64,000 nt of DNA from Dictyostelium discoideum. Its lineage: Eukaryota. The notes under the pieces are model-generated. The model ran no database searches. It was given only the letters and a program-made list of their open reading frames with translations, and had not been told where the DNA came from. The translations under genes were made by a program, and so were the position numbers. The stretch lies in assembly GCA_000004695.1 (NCBI GenBank), contig CM000153.2:1568001-1632000 (forward strand). The letters are read 5' to 3'. Below are positions 25,577 to 38,038 of the stretch, piece after piece; within the stretch, counting starts at the first letter, position 1, and each line of letters opens with the position of its first letter.

Positions 25577-26647
25577 TTTTTTATTAATTTTATTAATAAT
25601 TGTTATATATATTTGAATAAATTTAGAGAATTGAAAGAGAAAAAGAAAAAGAAAGAATTTTTAAACAAGAAAAATTAAAATTAGAAAGAGAACAACAATT
25701 ATTGAGAGAAGAGGAAGAGCAAAGAAAAAGAGAGGATTTAGAATTAGAGAGTGAGATACAAAGACTTAAAGAGGTGGAAGATTTTGAGAATAGGAAACTA
25801 CAAGCTCAAAAGAATATTAAAAGAGCAACTTCAGCTAGAACATTTGAACTTTTAAGACAGGAAGCATTATTAGAGGAAAGAAAAAGGTTACAGGGGATTG
25901 AAACTGAGAAAAAGAGGATTTTAGCAGAGAAACAAGAAGCATTGGAAAAGGAATTCCAACAACAACTCTTTGAACAACAAGAAAAAGAAAGATTAGAAAA
26001 AGAAAGATTAGAAAAAGAAGAACAATTAAGATTAGCTTCTTTACCACCACCACCACCAGATTATTCTTCATTTGATTCTGATCAATTATTAAATTTAATT
26101 GAAAATAATAATAAAAAATTAGAAAATAATAATCAAACCGATGATAAATTAGATAATGAATTTTTATTAGATCCTTCATTTTTACCACCACCACCACCTA
26201 TAATTACACAACCATCACCATCTCAAGAAAAGAAAGATAATAATAATAATAATAATAATAAAAATACTACAGCACAATTACCATTATCAATTACACAACC
26301 ACCCCATATGCCAAATAATGAAAAGAAATTACCACCAATTTATAATTCAACTTCACCAATTCAATTTGGTTATCCTTCTTTAAATAATAGTGTAAATAAT
26401 CCACCATCATTTTCATTACAAAATAATACACCACTTATACAACAATACAAACAACAACAACAACAACAACCTATTCAATCACCAACGAATAATATTAATA
26501 GACCTAATATACCTCAATATAATAATTATAATGCAAAACCATTATCGAGCAACCTAAACCCATTACCACCACAATATCAACCACAACAACAGCAACAATA
26601 TCAACAACAACAACAACAACAACAATATCAACAACAACAACAATATC

Positions 26648-26693
<46 letters not shown>

Positions 26694-27399
26694 TCAATTA
26701 CCAAAATTACCACAATATCAACCAATTGAAAATAAATCAATATCAGCAAATGGATTAGCACAATCACCAGCTGTGAATACACCATCAATAACACCAACAA
26801 CTAATAAACCAAATATCGATTCATCTGAAGCATCAAAGAAATATAGTAAACTTAGAAAAATTATTGTACATGGTGAAGTTTTCCAAGAGTTTATGAGATT
26901 AGCAGAGAATAATACCAAAAGATCAATTGAAACTTGTGGTATTTTATCGGGTACTCTATCAAATGATGTTTTTAGAATCACTACAATCATTATACCAAAA
27001 CAAGAGGGTACTACTGATACTTGTAATACCATTGAAGAACATGAAATCTTTGAATATCAACTAGAGAATGATTTACTAACTTTGGGTTGGATTCATACTC
27101 ATCCAACTCAAGATTGTTTCTTATCAGCCGTTGATGTCCATACTCATTGTTCCTATCAATATCTTCTTCAAGAGGCTATAGCCGTTGTCATTAGTCCAAT
27201 GGCAAATCCAAACTTTGGTATCTTTAGATTAACCGATCCACCCGGTTTGGAAACTGTACAAAAATGTAAACTAAAATCATTCCATCCCCATCCACCCGTT
27301 AATGGTATACCAATCTATACAAAAGTTGATCATGTCGATTTAATTTGGGGTAAAAAATCTGATAGTAAAGTTGTAGATTTACGTTTTTTAAAGAAATAA
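25040..27399 (+). CDS. AMSH/STAMBP-family JAMM (MPN+) deubiquitinase
   Basis: Three exons: 25040..25239, 25321..25534, 25627..27399. The donors are GTAAGT at 25240 and GTATAT at 25535. The acceptors are ttcAG at 25319-25320 and ttAG at 25625-25626. The N-terminal MIT-like region (ADIYKSEGDIERTYIYSLRFC|ITFINIYTKIHN...EKLQKHPDF) matches human AMSH ([34 protein letters not shown]). The C-terminus carries the JAMM motif (E...HTHPTQDCFLSAVDVHTHCSYQ) and the AMSH-specific tail (CKLKSFHPHP). Confidence 0.85.
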
Positions 27400-27575
27400 A
27401 AACACTTTAATAAATATTTATTTCTTTTTAAAAAAAAATAAAATAAAATAAAAAGAATAAAAAATAATAATTTATTTTTAAATATATTTGTAAAATATTA
27501 TTATATTATAGTAAAATATATATATTTTATTTTATTTATTATTACTTTTTTTTTTATTTAATTAAAATTTTTTTA

Positions 27576-28770
27576 TTAATTTCTTTTGACCATTGTTGCA
27601 TCTAATTGTTTTAATTGTGGAAACATATTAATGAACATTCTTCTATATTGAACATGAGTTGCAACTGGATTTCTTTCAAAGTATAAACATTTAATTGATT
27701 TTGTTACTTGTTGTTCGATATTATCCATTGAATCAACTAAATTATCATTACACCAAATTTCATCTAAATCTGGTAATTCATTTAAACCAACCAAAGTTTT
27801 AATTTTATTTGCTGAAATATCCAAGGTTCTCAATTGTTTTAATGATTGTAAACCATCGATATCTGTAATACCATTGTGAGATAAATATAACTCCTCCAAA
27901 CAATTTAATCCAACCAAACCTTTGACACCAATTTCTGTTAACCTATTACTTTGTAATGATAAAATTCTAAGGTGTGATAAATGATTGATACCTTTGATCT
28001 CTGTTATCTTATTTCTACCCAACCATAAGGTTTCAATGTTTACTAAATTCTCTAAATTTTCAATTTCACGTAATCTATTCGATCCTAATTCTAAATTCTT
28101 TATTGGTACTAATTCTTGTAAATTTTCAATCTTTGTTATCTTATTATTAGCTAAATATAATTCCTTAATCTTTGGTATATCTTTAATACTTAAATTTTCA
28201 ACTATTCTAATTTCATTAAATGATAAATCTAAATAACTAATTAAAAAAAAAAAAAAAATTAAATAATTAATATTATTTTTATGTATATATGTAGTATAAT
28301 ACACTTACGTTAAACTTTGAAAATCTTTAATATTTTCAATTACTTGAAGTTTATTATCATATAAATCTAATGATTCTAATTCTTTTAATTGATCTATATT
28401 TTCAATTTTTTCAATTAAATTTTGTCTAAAACATAACTTTTTTAAATTTTTTAAATGATTTATATTTTCAATCTTTGTAATTTTACAATTTGTTAAATCT
28501 AAATCCTATAAATTTTTAATAATCATTTATTAGTATTATAGTTAGAATTTATTATTTATGATTTTTATTGTTATTTTTTTTTTTTTTTTTTTTTTGAAAA
28601 AAAAAAAAAAAACTTACAAGTAAAGTTTCAGGTATATTATAGCTGTCGCCAATAGAGGTATGTGGTTGACCAGTTAAATCTAAATATGTAATTGGTTCCT
28701 CTGTTTCTGATTCAATTTTCTCATTTTCTTTTATTTCCTCTGAATTTATAATTGTATTTTGTTCTGACAT
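27576..28770 (-). CDS. SDS22 / protein phosphatase 1 regulatory subunit 7 (LRR protein)
   Basis: Exons on the minus strand: 28618..28770, 28309..28505, 27576..28236. Both donors are the reverse complement of acttac (GTAAGT). The spliced product ...LDLTNCKITKIENINHLKNLKKLCFRQNLIEKIENIDQLKELESLDLYDNKLQVIENIKDFQSLT|YLDLSFNEIRIVENLS...LWLGRNKITEI...LSLQSNRLTEI...LYLSHNGITDI...IWCNDNLVDS...LYFERNPVATHVQYRRMF aligns over its length with human PPP1R7/SDS22 (LCLRQNLIKCIENLEELQSLRELDLYDNQIKKIENLEALTELEILDISFN...LYLSHNGIEVIEGL...FWMNDNLLESW...VYLERNPLQKDPQYRRKV). Confidence 0.85.
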
Positions 28771-29278
28771 TTTTATAAATTATATTATTATTAATGTTAT
28801 TATTTAAATAGTAGTGTACAATTTGATATTAAATAAAATAATGAATTTGATATTAAATAAAATAATGAAAATTTTAATTTCAAAAAAAAAAAAAAATTAA
28901 TAAAAAAAAAAAAATTAAAAAAAATAAAAAATTTTGGAAAATAAAAAAAATAAAAAATAAAAAAATGGTATATTTTTTATGATTTTCTAAAAAGGGAATA
29001 TCAAAATAAAATAAAATAGGTAATTAATTTTTTTATTAAACTCCATTTTGTTTAGTAAATAATATATAATATAAAAATAAACAAGTATTTTTTTTTTTTT
29101 TTTTATTTTGTTAAACAAAATAAAAGCGAGAAACGAATGAAATTTTATTTTTTCGACTTTTTTTTTTTTTTCATTTTTTTAATTTTTATATTTTTTATTT
29201 TTTTTTTATTTTATTTTTTTTTTTTTTTGATTGATCATATTCTTATTTTTGTGTAAATATTAAAAAAACGAGAAGAAA

Positions 29279-29511
29279 ATGAATAGAGGATTTAGTTTTT
29301 CGACAAAAGTGGCAACATCTTTAAATAGATGTAATAATAGAAGTAATAATATATCACAATCTGTATCATATAATTTTATAAATAAACCAACAACTACAAC
29401 ATCATCAACAACTTCAGCATCAACCACTTCTCAACCATCTTTTTCATTACCAACCTCTTGCAATTCAAATTCGCCTCAATCAAATTTAAATAGTTTTAGA
29501 ACAAAGTCACA
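29279..29511 (+). CDS. Probable 5' exon of an unidentified gene (S/T/N-rich N-terminus); downstream exons not resolved
   Basis: ORF MNRGFSFSTKVATSLNRCNNRSNN... ends at a good GTAAAT donor (29512). A downstream in-frame segment (about 29597..29680, TISKFSSNLLGTALFEFQAFLID) is followed by a GTATGT donor, but no acceptor giving a consistent third exon could be found. Confidence 0.25.
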
Positions 29512-29531
29512 GTAAATATCTTATTTTTTTT

Positions 29532-29566
<35 letters not shown>

Positions 29567-30185
29567 AAATTAACTCATTTTTACCACTTTTATCAAAATT
29601 ATTAGAACAATTAGTAAATTTAGTTCAAATTTATTAGGTACAGCTTTATTCGAATTTCAAGCTTTTCTCATTGATGGTATGTGTTTTTTTTTTGAAAAAA
29701 AAAAAAAAAAAAAAATTTAAAAAAAAAAAAAATTTAATAGAATTTTTTTACTGATACTAATAATAGATACCTAATATTAAAAATAATAATAATTATTTTT
29801 ACAGATGGTAGCTAATTTGTTTATTTTTTTAAAAAAAAAAAAAAAAATATATAAATAAATTTTAAAAAGTTTTAAAAAAAAAAAAAAAAAAAAAAAAATT
29901 TGGTTCCTATGCAATTTTGGATTTTTTGTTCAATTTCTAAATCCATATAGTTATAATTGTTATTATTATTTTTTATTAATTTTATATTAAAAATGTTATA
30001 TGATTTTCAATTTTCGGAAATAATAAAAAAAAAAATATAATTAATTTTATTTTTTTTTTTAAAAAATATATTTTTCCTTAAAGGTTAAAATTGTCAAATA
30101 ATTTTAAACCATATAAATTAAATAAAAAAAAAAAAAATTATAATATTCATTTCATTTAAAAAATATTATTTATTCACAAAAAATT

Positions 30186-30452
30186 ATGACAATCTTTGGT
30201 AAATATTTCATTTTTTTAATTTATTTAAATTTAACAAATGTATAAAATTTTTTCACTTAAATTTTTTTTTAAGATTCAATTGCTTTAATTTCAAAATCAT
30301 CAAAAAGTGGTCTCACTTCTGGTAATACTACCTCAAAATTAAATGGTATAACTGTTGGTGGTAATAATGTATCCAGTGTTAATTGTGGTGGATGTGGAGG
30401 TTATACTAACAATGAACCTTCATTGTATGGAGGTAATTGTGGATGTAACTAA
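30186..30452 (+). CDS. Small Gly/Cys/Ser-rich protein (63 aa) resembling the Dictyostelium HssA/SigN-type small-protein family
   Basis: Two exons: 30186..30198 (MTIF plus 1 nt), a GTAAAT donor, a 75-nt AT-rich intron, acceptor AG at 30272-30273, then 30274..30452. The product is MTIFDSIALISKSSKSGLTSGNTTSKLNGITVGGNNVSSVNCGGCGGYTNNEPSLYGGNCGCN. A tiny first exon ending just after MTIF/L and a C-terminal CGGCGG...GNCGC pattern are what I recall for that family. Confidence 0.5.
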
Positions 30453-31005
30453 GTTAAAAATTATTATTTTTTTTTTAAAATTCAAATAAATAAATAAAAA
30501 AAAAAAGTTAATCCACCATACCATAATTTATTTTTTTTTTTAAAAAAAAAAAAAATGTTTTTATTATGAAATTATTTTGTTTCAAAAAGGACTCAAAGAG
30601 GTCTGGTAACTACCATTTCTTAATGTTAAAAATAATTAAAAAAACCAAAATGATTCAATTTCCTAGGTCTTAACTTTTGTTGTTTTTTTAGGAAAATTTC
30701 ATTTTGTATTAGGACACACCAAAAATAGAATTTTTTTTATTTTTAAATTTTTTTGTTTTTTTATTTTTATTTTTTGTTTTTTGTTTTTTTAAAAATTTAT
30801 CTGAAAAAAAAAAAAATTAAAAAAAAAAAATATATATTTGGTGTAATGCTGTGGGTTATATAATAAAAAAAAAAAAAAAAAAAAAAAAATCTTTTGAAAA
30901 ATAATTTATTGTTGTTTTTTTATTTTTGAATATCTTTGCTAAAAAAAAAAGATAAATTTATTTTTTTTAAGAAAATACCCTGGTATTTACAAATATGTGC
31001 AAAGA

Positions 31006-31149
31006 ATTCTTGATTGGTAGTGTTGAATTTTGTGGAGTGAAAAACGGGGAAAATTTTTTTTTTTTTTTGATTTTTTTTTTTTTTTTTTTGATTTTTTTTT
31101 GTGTATGGTAAATGATTGGCTATGACCAGGTTCAATCTTTGTTCCATTT
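31006..31149. promoter_or_regulatory. Conserved non-coding modules A (ttcttgattggtagtgttgaa...ggagtg) and B (aatgattggctatgaccaggttcaatctttgttccattt) about 500-600 bp upstream of FNIP gene copy 1
   Basis: Both modules recur with about 75% identity upstream of the paralogous FNIP gene copy 2. They are the only GC-containing islands in otherwise poly(A)/poly(T) promoter DNA. Confidence 0.4.
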
Positions 31150-31180
31150 TTATTTTTTTTGTTTTTTTTAATTGTTTTTT

Positions 31181-31244
<64 letters not shown>

Positions 31245-31638
31245 ATAAATTCCAAATATTTATTAAATTATTTTTTATCTACAAAATATTATTTTTTAGT
31301 CTCTCTAATAATTATTTTAATTATTTTAATTTTAATTTTTTTTTTTTAACCCCTTTTTTTTATATTTTAAATTTATTTGAATAAAAAGGTATATTATTTT
31401 TTTTATTTTTATTTTATTATTTATTATATTTTTTTTATTTTTCCCATTATTAAATCATTTAAAAAAAAAAATATTCTAATTATTTAAATTTTCTTTTTTT
31501 AATAAAAAAATATAAAAAAAAAAAACTACAAAACTAAAAAATTATATAATATTAAAAATTAATAAATTAATAATAAATCAATAAATAAATAAATAAATTA
31601 ATAAATAAATAAATATAAATTTTAAATTCCTCTAAAAG

Positions 31639-32013
31639 ATGATTGCTCAACCACTTTCAATTTTAACATTAAACATTGACGATAAATTCAATCAACCAAT
31701 TGTCATCGGTGATTTACAAGAAAGTATTACTTCATTGTCATTGGGATTCGAATTTAACCAAACCATCGCACCTGGTGCCCTCCCAAACAATCTTAGATCA
31801 TTATCATTAGGCCGTAATTTCAATCAAACTATCACTCCAGGTATTTTACCAAATAGTTTAAAAACTTTAACAATTTTAAATCCAGATTTTAACCAAGAAT
31901 TAATTACAGAAGGTTCAATTCCACCATCTTTAGAACGTATTTATTGTGTCTCTGAAAATAAAGAATTTATAAATAATCCAGGACTTTCAAAATTCATTCA
32001 AATTATTAAATAA
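31639..32013 (+). CDS. FNIP-repeat protein (124 aa), copy 1 of a tandem pair
   Basis: Single exon. It has three FNIP repeats (FNQPIVIGDLQESITSLSLGFEFNQTIAPGALPNNLRSLSLGRNFNQTITPGILPNSLKTLTIL), a repeat class typical of Dictyostelium. Six amino acids differ from copy 2. Confidence 0.7.
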   Translation: MIAQPLSILTLNIDDKFNQPIVIGDLQESITSLSLGFEFNQTIAPGALPNNLRSLSLGRNFNQTITPGILPNSLKTLTILNPDFNQELITEGSIPPSLERIYCVSENKEFINNPGLSKFIQIIK

Positions 32014-32501
32014 TTATAATAATTATTATTATTCATTATATTCATATTCAATAAAACAAACTGTAAATAATATATTGTAAATAAATCAATTAGACCATAA
32101 AAATAAAAATAAAAATAAAGATAAAAAAAAAAAATAATAATAAAAAAAAAAAAAAAATTTAAATTCAATAAGAACACATAATAGTTTAATATTATTAATT
32201 AATTAATAAATAATAAAATTTAAAAGGTTTAAAAAAAATATATCAAAATTTTTTCTTTTTTATATTAGAAATTAAATTATTTATTTTTTATTTATTCTTT
32301 TGTTTTTTTTAATAGTAGATAGTTTTATTTTTGTCATAATTGGTTTTTAAACCCTATATGTTTAAAAAAAATTAAAAACGGTGTATTTTAGAATCCTAAA
32401 TATCTATCCATTAGCTTTCATTCTCTAAATTTAATTTCTATTTTCTAACCATGTTTTTATAAACCCTGGGATTTCCTTATATATTATTTGTGTTTTTATT
32501 T

Positions 32502-32536
<35 letters not shown>

Positions 32537-32560
32537 AAAAAAAAAAAAAAAAACCTAAAA

Positions 32561-32843
32561 TTTCAAATGTCTGTTTAATTCACACTTCTTGATTGTTTGA
32601 TAGAACGGAGTGTTTTTTAGAAAAAAAAAAATCAAAAAAAAAAAAAATCAAAAAAAAACATAAAATTTCGAATGTTTGTTTAATTCACACTTCTTGATTG
32701 CTTAATGGAACGGAGTGTAAAAAATTATTTTTTATTTTTTAATTTTTTTTTTTTTATTTTATAATTTTTTTTATTTTTTTTTTTTTTTGTTTAATAAAAC
32801 AGAATGATTGTTTGGCAATGACCCAGGTTTTGTCATTCCATTT
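32561..32843. promoter_or_regulatory. Upstream modules of FNIP copy 2: module A tandemly duplicated (32561..32611 and 32666..32717, about 105-bp period) plus module B (32803..32843)
   Basis: The A-like units are ttcaaatgtctgtttaattcacacttcttgattgtttgatagaacggagtg and tcgaatgtttgtttaattcacacttcttgattgcttaatggaacggagtg. Module B is aatgattgtttggcaatgacccaggttttgtcattccattt. Confidence 0.4.
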
Positions 32844-33110
32844 AATTTATTTTTCATTTTTATAATATTTAATTTTATTTTCTTTTTAGCTTTTTTTTCT
32901 TATTTTTTTAACTATAAAATAAAAATTAAATTTCATAATTTTATATATTAAATTTTTTTTTATTATTATCTTAAAAATACCAATTATCTCTCTCTCTATA
33001 TATATTAAAAATATTTTATTCTTTTAATTCTATTTTATAAATTTATTTCAAAATAAAAAAGTATGTTTTTAATTTATTTTATTTAATTATAATTAAAAAA
33101 AAAGTTTACT

Positions 33111-33154
<44 letters not shown>

Positions 33155-33232
33155 CTTCATATTTTTAATATTCTATAATTCTATAAATAATAATTATTTT
33201 TAAACAATATTATTCTCCTTGGTTTCTAAAAG

Positions 33233-33607
33233 ATGATTGCTCAACCACCATCAATTTTAACATTAAATATTGACGATAAATTCAATCAACCAATTGTTGT
33301 TGGCGATTTACAAGAAAGTATTACTTCATTGTCATTGGGATTCGAATTTAATCAAACCATTGCACCTGGTGCATTACCAAACAATCTTAGATCATTATCA
33401 TTAGGTCGTAATTTCAATCAAACTATCACTCCAGGTATTTTACCAAATAGTTTAAAAACTTTAACAATTTTAAATCCAGATTTTAATCAAGAATTAATTA
33501 CAGAAGGTTCAATTCCACCATCTTTAGAACGTATTTACTGTGTCTCTGAAAATAAAGAATTTATAAATAATCCAAGTCTTTCAAAATTCATTCAAATTAT
33601 TAAATAA
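33233..33607 (+). CDS. FNIP-repeat protein (124 aa), copy 2 of a tandem pair
   Basis: Single exon. About 95% nucleotide identity to 31639..32013 (MIAQPPSILTLNIDDKFNQPIVVGDLQ...). Confidence 0.7.
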   Translation: MIAQPPSILTLNIDDKFNQPIVVGDLQESITSLSLGFEFNQTIAPGALPNNLRSLSLGRNFNQTITPGILPNSLKTLTILNPDFNQELITEGSIPPSLERIYCVSENKEFINNPSLSKFIQIIK

Positions 33608-33803
33608 TTAAAATTTCTTTCATTTTTCGTTTACAAAAAAAAAAAAAAACTGTACAAAAATAAATTATCAAATAAAAAAAAAAAAACAAAAAGCATTTGT
33701 TATTAAATAAAACACTGAATGTATTTTTGTAATCTTTGGTTTATTTGTTTATTTATTTATTTATTTATTTATTTATTATTTATTTTTTTAAATTCTAGAA
33801 CAT

Positions 33804-33840
<37 letters not shown>

Positions 33841-33904
33841 CTTTTCCCAAAAAAAAAAAAAAAAATTATTATCTTAATGGTGGAATAATTGATAATTTTC
33901 CTAT

Positions 33905-34990
33905 TTAATTTTCAGATAGTGGATGTTGTGGGTCACAGGTGTTGAGCTTGAGGATGCTTCTTGTTGTTCTGTTGTTAGTGTACGTTCCCCTCCATTAGAA
34001 TTTTGGGCTCTAAAAGCTTTTAAATCTGATCTGTATCTTATTTTTTTCATTTTTATGTTTGCTCCATCCATTTTACTTGTGAATTACCACCTGTCTCCTC
34101 CCCCTCAAATTCAATATCACATGAAATTGAATCATAATTTAAAAATGAACAATTATATAGTTGTTCATTTGAAAAACAATAAACACTTGAATTATCAGAT
34201 GTGTTTGGAATGAAATTTTCACCATTAATTATAAATTGACCACTTGTGGAATTAAAAACTGGATACTTATTTATTGGGGCTAGGATGGTGATATATCAAC
34301 TTTAAGACCTACTGATGTTTCATCACATACTATTAAAGAAGTTCACTTGATCCATATTCATGTTTTAAAGGGAATAAAAAGTAGTTATTTTCAAATATTA
34401 TTTCTTCAGTACGTGTTGTTTGATTTTCAATTGACATCGAAACTTGATTTCTACCACAACCTTTTGGAATAGGGAATGTGTATGTACGAGTTGGAAACTC
34501 TTTTGAATTTGAATTATCGATACCTATAATAGTTGTATTGTCCATTAATGTAAGAGTTGGTAAACTACTATAATTGAATAAATTTATATTGTATAATGTA
34601 AAGTTTACAAATTGACCAAGTACTGATGGTGATAATGGTGATGATTTAACAAAGAATGATAAATCAATTTGAACAATATTTGATTTTTTACCATTTACAA
34701 TTATATATAATTTTGATTTTTTAATTTGATTTAATGGTGTAAATGATAAAGTGTTTGTTTATCATTTACAATTGTCGTTAAATTAAATTGTTGAATATCA
34801 TCAATATATACTTGAGTTGATTCATTCGTACCCTAGACAGTCACCAATTTATTTAACTTCTCTTAGAGGAAGAATAAAATCAGAAATAAAAGGTACATCA
34901 AATGAAAATAATAATTTATTATCATTTACAATCCATTTATTGATACATTAACTTGTAAACCAATAGAATCATAATTGACTAATTAAATTA
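33905..34990 (-). pseudogene. Decayed gene fragment with IPT/TIG-like motifs; pseudogene with frameshifts and stops
   Basis: GC content is elevated over the intergenic background. Minus-strand reading gives long ORF pieces in three different frames separated by stops and frameshifts. The pieces include ...SNIVQIDLSFFVKSSPLSPSVLGQFVNFTLYNI...LPTLTLMDNTTIIGIDNSNSKEFPTRTYTFPIPKGCGRNQVSMSIENQTTRT... (the track's 70-aa ORF at 34333..34545 is part of this) and ...PVFNSTSGQFIINGENFIPNTSDNSSVYCFSNEQLYNCSFLNYDSISCDIEFEGEETGG. The G-x-(I/L)-x-I-x-G-x-NF with C...L.C pattern resembles IPT/TIG domains such as those of the tgr/Tiger cell-surface proteins. Confidence 0.4.
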
Positions 34991-35327
34991 TAATAATAGA
35001 TTATTAAAAAAAGAAAAATTTAGTGTTATGTGTGTGGTAATTAAATTCTTAATTATTTTTGGCTTTCAATGATTATAAAATCACACACAGTAATAAAGGA
35101 AATTATTGTGTGTTTAATAAATTCATGGGGATTTTTTTGTGTATTTTTTAATTTCCAATTGTAAAAGAATAAAGATTAAAAAACTATAATAAAATTTAAA
35201 AAGAAATTTACAAAACAAATCTTGTTCAATATTTTTCTTTTTTTTTTTTTTTTTTTTTTTTTTATCAATTATTTAATGATTGTGTTTTTATTTTTTTATT
35301 TTATTATATTATATTTTTATTATATTT

Positions 35328-36931
35328 TTAGAATTCACCTCTTGCGAGACGATCCAATAAATCATCTAAAGAATCATCATCAACCACAGTAGTTGAAGTA
35401 GTTGTTGAACTAGTGGTGCCAATTGTATCCAATGAATTTATTGCCATATCATAATTGATTGCATTTGAATTTTGATTAGAGATAGATTGATTAGCCTCTT
35501 TAAGAAGATCATCGAAATTAAAGTTATTTGAATTCATTATTGATTCCAATTCTTCAAAAGTAAATGATTCTTCATTATCATCATTAACAATTACATCATT
35601 TGATTTATTTTCATTTTCAATTGTTTGTTCTTGATGTTGATGTTCTTCCTCAATTGCATGTTCTTCTTCATAATATTCTTCTTGGTGGTGTTGCTCTTGT
35701 TCTTGTTCTTGTTGTTGTTCTTGTTCTTGTTCTTGTTGTTGTTGTTGTTCCTCTTGAATTGGCTCTCGAGGTTGTTCTTGTTCATCATCATATTGTTCAT
35801 AGTGTTGTTGATCTTCTTCATAATACTCCTCTTCTTGTTGTTGAGGTTGTTCTTCAACAACGGGTAAATTAACAGGTTTTTCTGGAACTGGTGGCTTTGT
35901 TCTTGCTGGTGGTGGTGGAGGTGGAGTTTTTTTTGGTGGATTATTATATTGTAATGAAACTGGTCTCTTAATTTGTGGTGAATCAGTTGGTGATGGTGGT
36001 GGTGGAAGAACTGAAATATCAATTGGTGGTGGTGCATCTTGTGATGAAGTAAGTGTTGGTGGTGGTGGAAGAACTGAACCAGATGGTGATAATGTAGTTT
36101 CAGAAGCTGTCGTTGTTGGTGGTTGTTTAATGAATGATCTTGGTGGTGTTGGTGGTTTTTTCAAAGTTTCAACTGGTGGTGGATTCATTTGTTGTAATAA
36201 TTGTGGTGAAACTGGTGGTGGTTCACTACTAGTTCTTGATAATATAGTAGAAGGTGGTGATAATGAACCATCCGTTGTTGTTGTTGTTGTTGTTGGTGGT
36301 GGTTGATTTGGTGATTTTGCAATTGGTCTTTTTGCAACAGGTGGAGGTGGTGCTAATGTAGTTGGTGGTGCTGTTGATGTTGTAGTTGGTGGTGGTACTG
36401 ATGGTCTACCTGGTGGTAAAGTTGGTTTATTAGATGGTGAAAGTTTAGTAGTGGTAGTTGATTTTGGTGGTGGAATTGGTTTAGGATCGCCTGCTTTTGG
36501 TGGTGCTTTTGGTACAAATTGACTTGGAGCTGGTGATTTCTTTAATGCTGTTGGGGGTGGTGATTGAGGTGGTGGTGGTAAACTATTACCACTACTTGAT
36601 AATGCATTATGTGGTAATGAAGGTTGTAGTGGTGATTTTGGTGGTGATGGTAAAACTGTATTATCACTACTAGATGATAATGGTGGTGGTGCAGCAACTG
36701 AACCATTTGCAACCTTTGGTGGAGGTTTTCTTTTTGCCATCATTGGTGCTGGTTTACCAGTGGCATTGGCAGAATTTACTGGTTTTAATTTTGCAATTGT
36801 TGGTTGTGGTGGTTCTGGTACCACATCTCCATTACTATTTTTATTATTATTATTTACATTTGGTGATGGTTTAGCAGCTATCTTTCTTTGTGGTGGTAAT
36901 TTTTTATTTGCAGTATTTTGACTATTATTAC

Positions 36932-36975
<44 letters not shown>

Positions 36976-38003
36976 GTCATCATCATTGAAATTCTTTGTT
37001 TAGTTTGTTCTGGACTTGTATCATGGAAATGTTTAATGATTATGCCCAAAATTCTCATCATTGTTTCAGGTCTAGTCTCCCACATATCTTCACCAGTGAT
37101 ATTTACTAAATTAACACCTAAAACTTTTAAGAAACGTAAAATGATATTATTATTTTCAATTATATGAATTTTTGTTGTTGGTGTTCTATTGAAATCTTTA
37201 ATTGATAAACCACTTAAACCTTCCAATAATAATGCCAAAACACAACCATTTTTTAAATCTGATTCTAAATTTTCAATCTTTTCATTCTTTCCAAATTCAA
37301 CTAATTTCTTATTAATCCAATCAATTATAACTGTTTGTGATTGTTCTTTTTTTGGTGTTGATTTTAAAATTGGTTTCTAAAAAAAAAAAAAAAGGAAAAT
37401 AAAACTATTAGTGTTGTTTTTTTTTTTTTTTTTTTTTTTTTTTGGAAATTAAATTAAAATAATAATCATACATTATCAGGATTATTTCTTTTTAAAGCAA
37501 TTTCATTCATTAATGGATTAATACCGAATGATCTTTGTGGTGCTCTATCTTCATCTGGAGTTGGTGGTGGATGTGATGGTGGACCTGAATCACCAACTGA
37601 AACACTTGTTTTTTGAGGTGTTGGTGGCAATCTAGATGGTGGTTTACTAGTAGTATTAGTTTGAGTTGATGCTGAAACACCATGTGTTGTTGTTGGTAAT
37701 GATTCTTCACCCCATTTTACTGAATCCTTTTTCTTTTTGAAGATTAATTTAAATTTATCTAATTGGTTATCCTCTTCCCATTTTTTATAAATTGTTCCTG
37801 GATTTTCTGTTTCTGCTATCTCTTGACATGTAATTCCTAATTCATTTTCATTGTTTGTTGATTTTATCATTTTTTTTTTTTTTTTTTTTTTTTAAATGGT
37901 AAAAATAATAATAAAGAAATAAATGGAAAAAAAAAAAAAATTAATATTAATTTTAAAAAAATTAAAATTATTATGATAATAGTAAAAAAAGAAAAGAAAA
38001 AGG

Positions 38004-38038
<35 letters not shown>

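Noticed and set aside
37466-37870. ATG at 37870 as the start codon of the CH-domain gene (as the ORF track implies)
   Set aside because: Upstream sequence 38472..38159 splices in frame into this ORF and completes an RA/ubiquitin-like fold. The ORF's C-terminal Val plus stop is really a GTATGA donor. It is treated as an internal exon.
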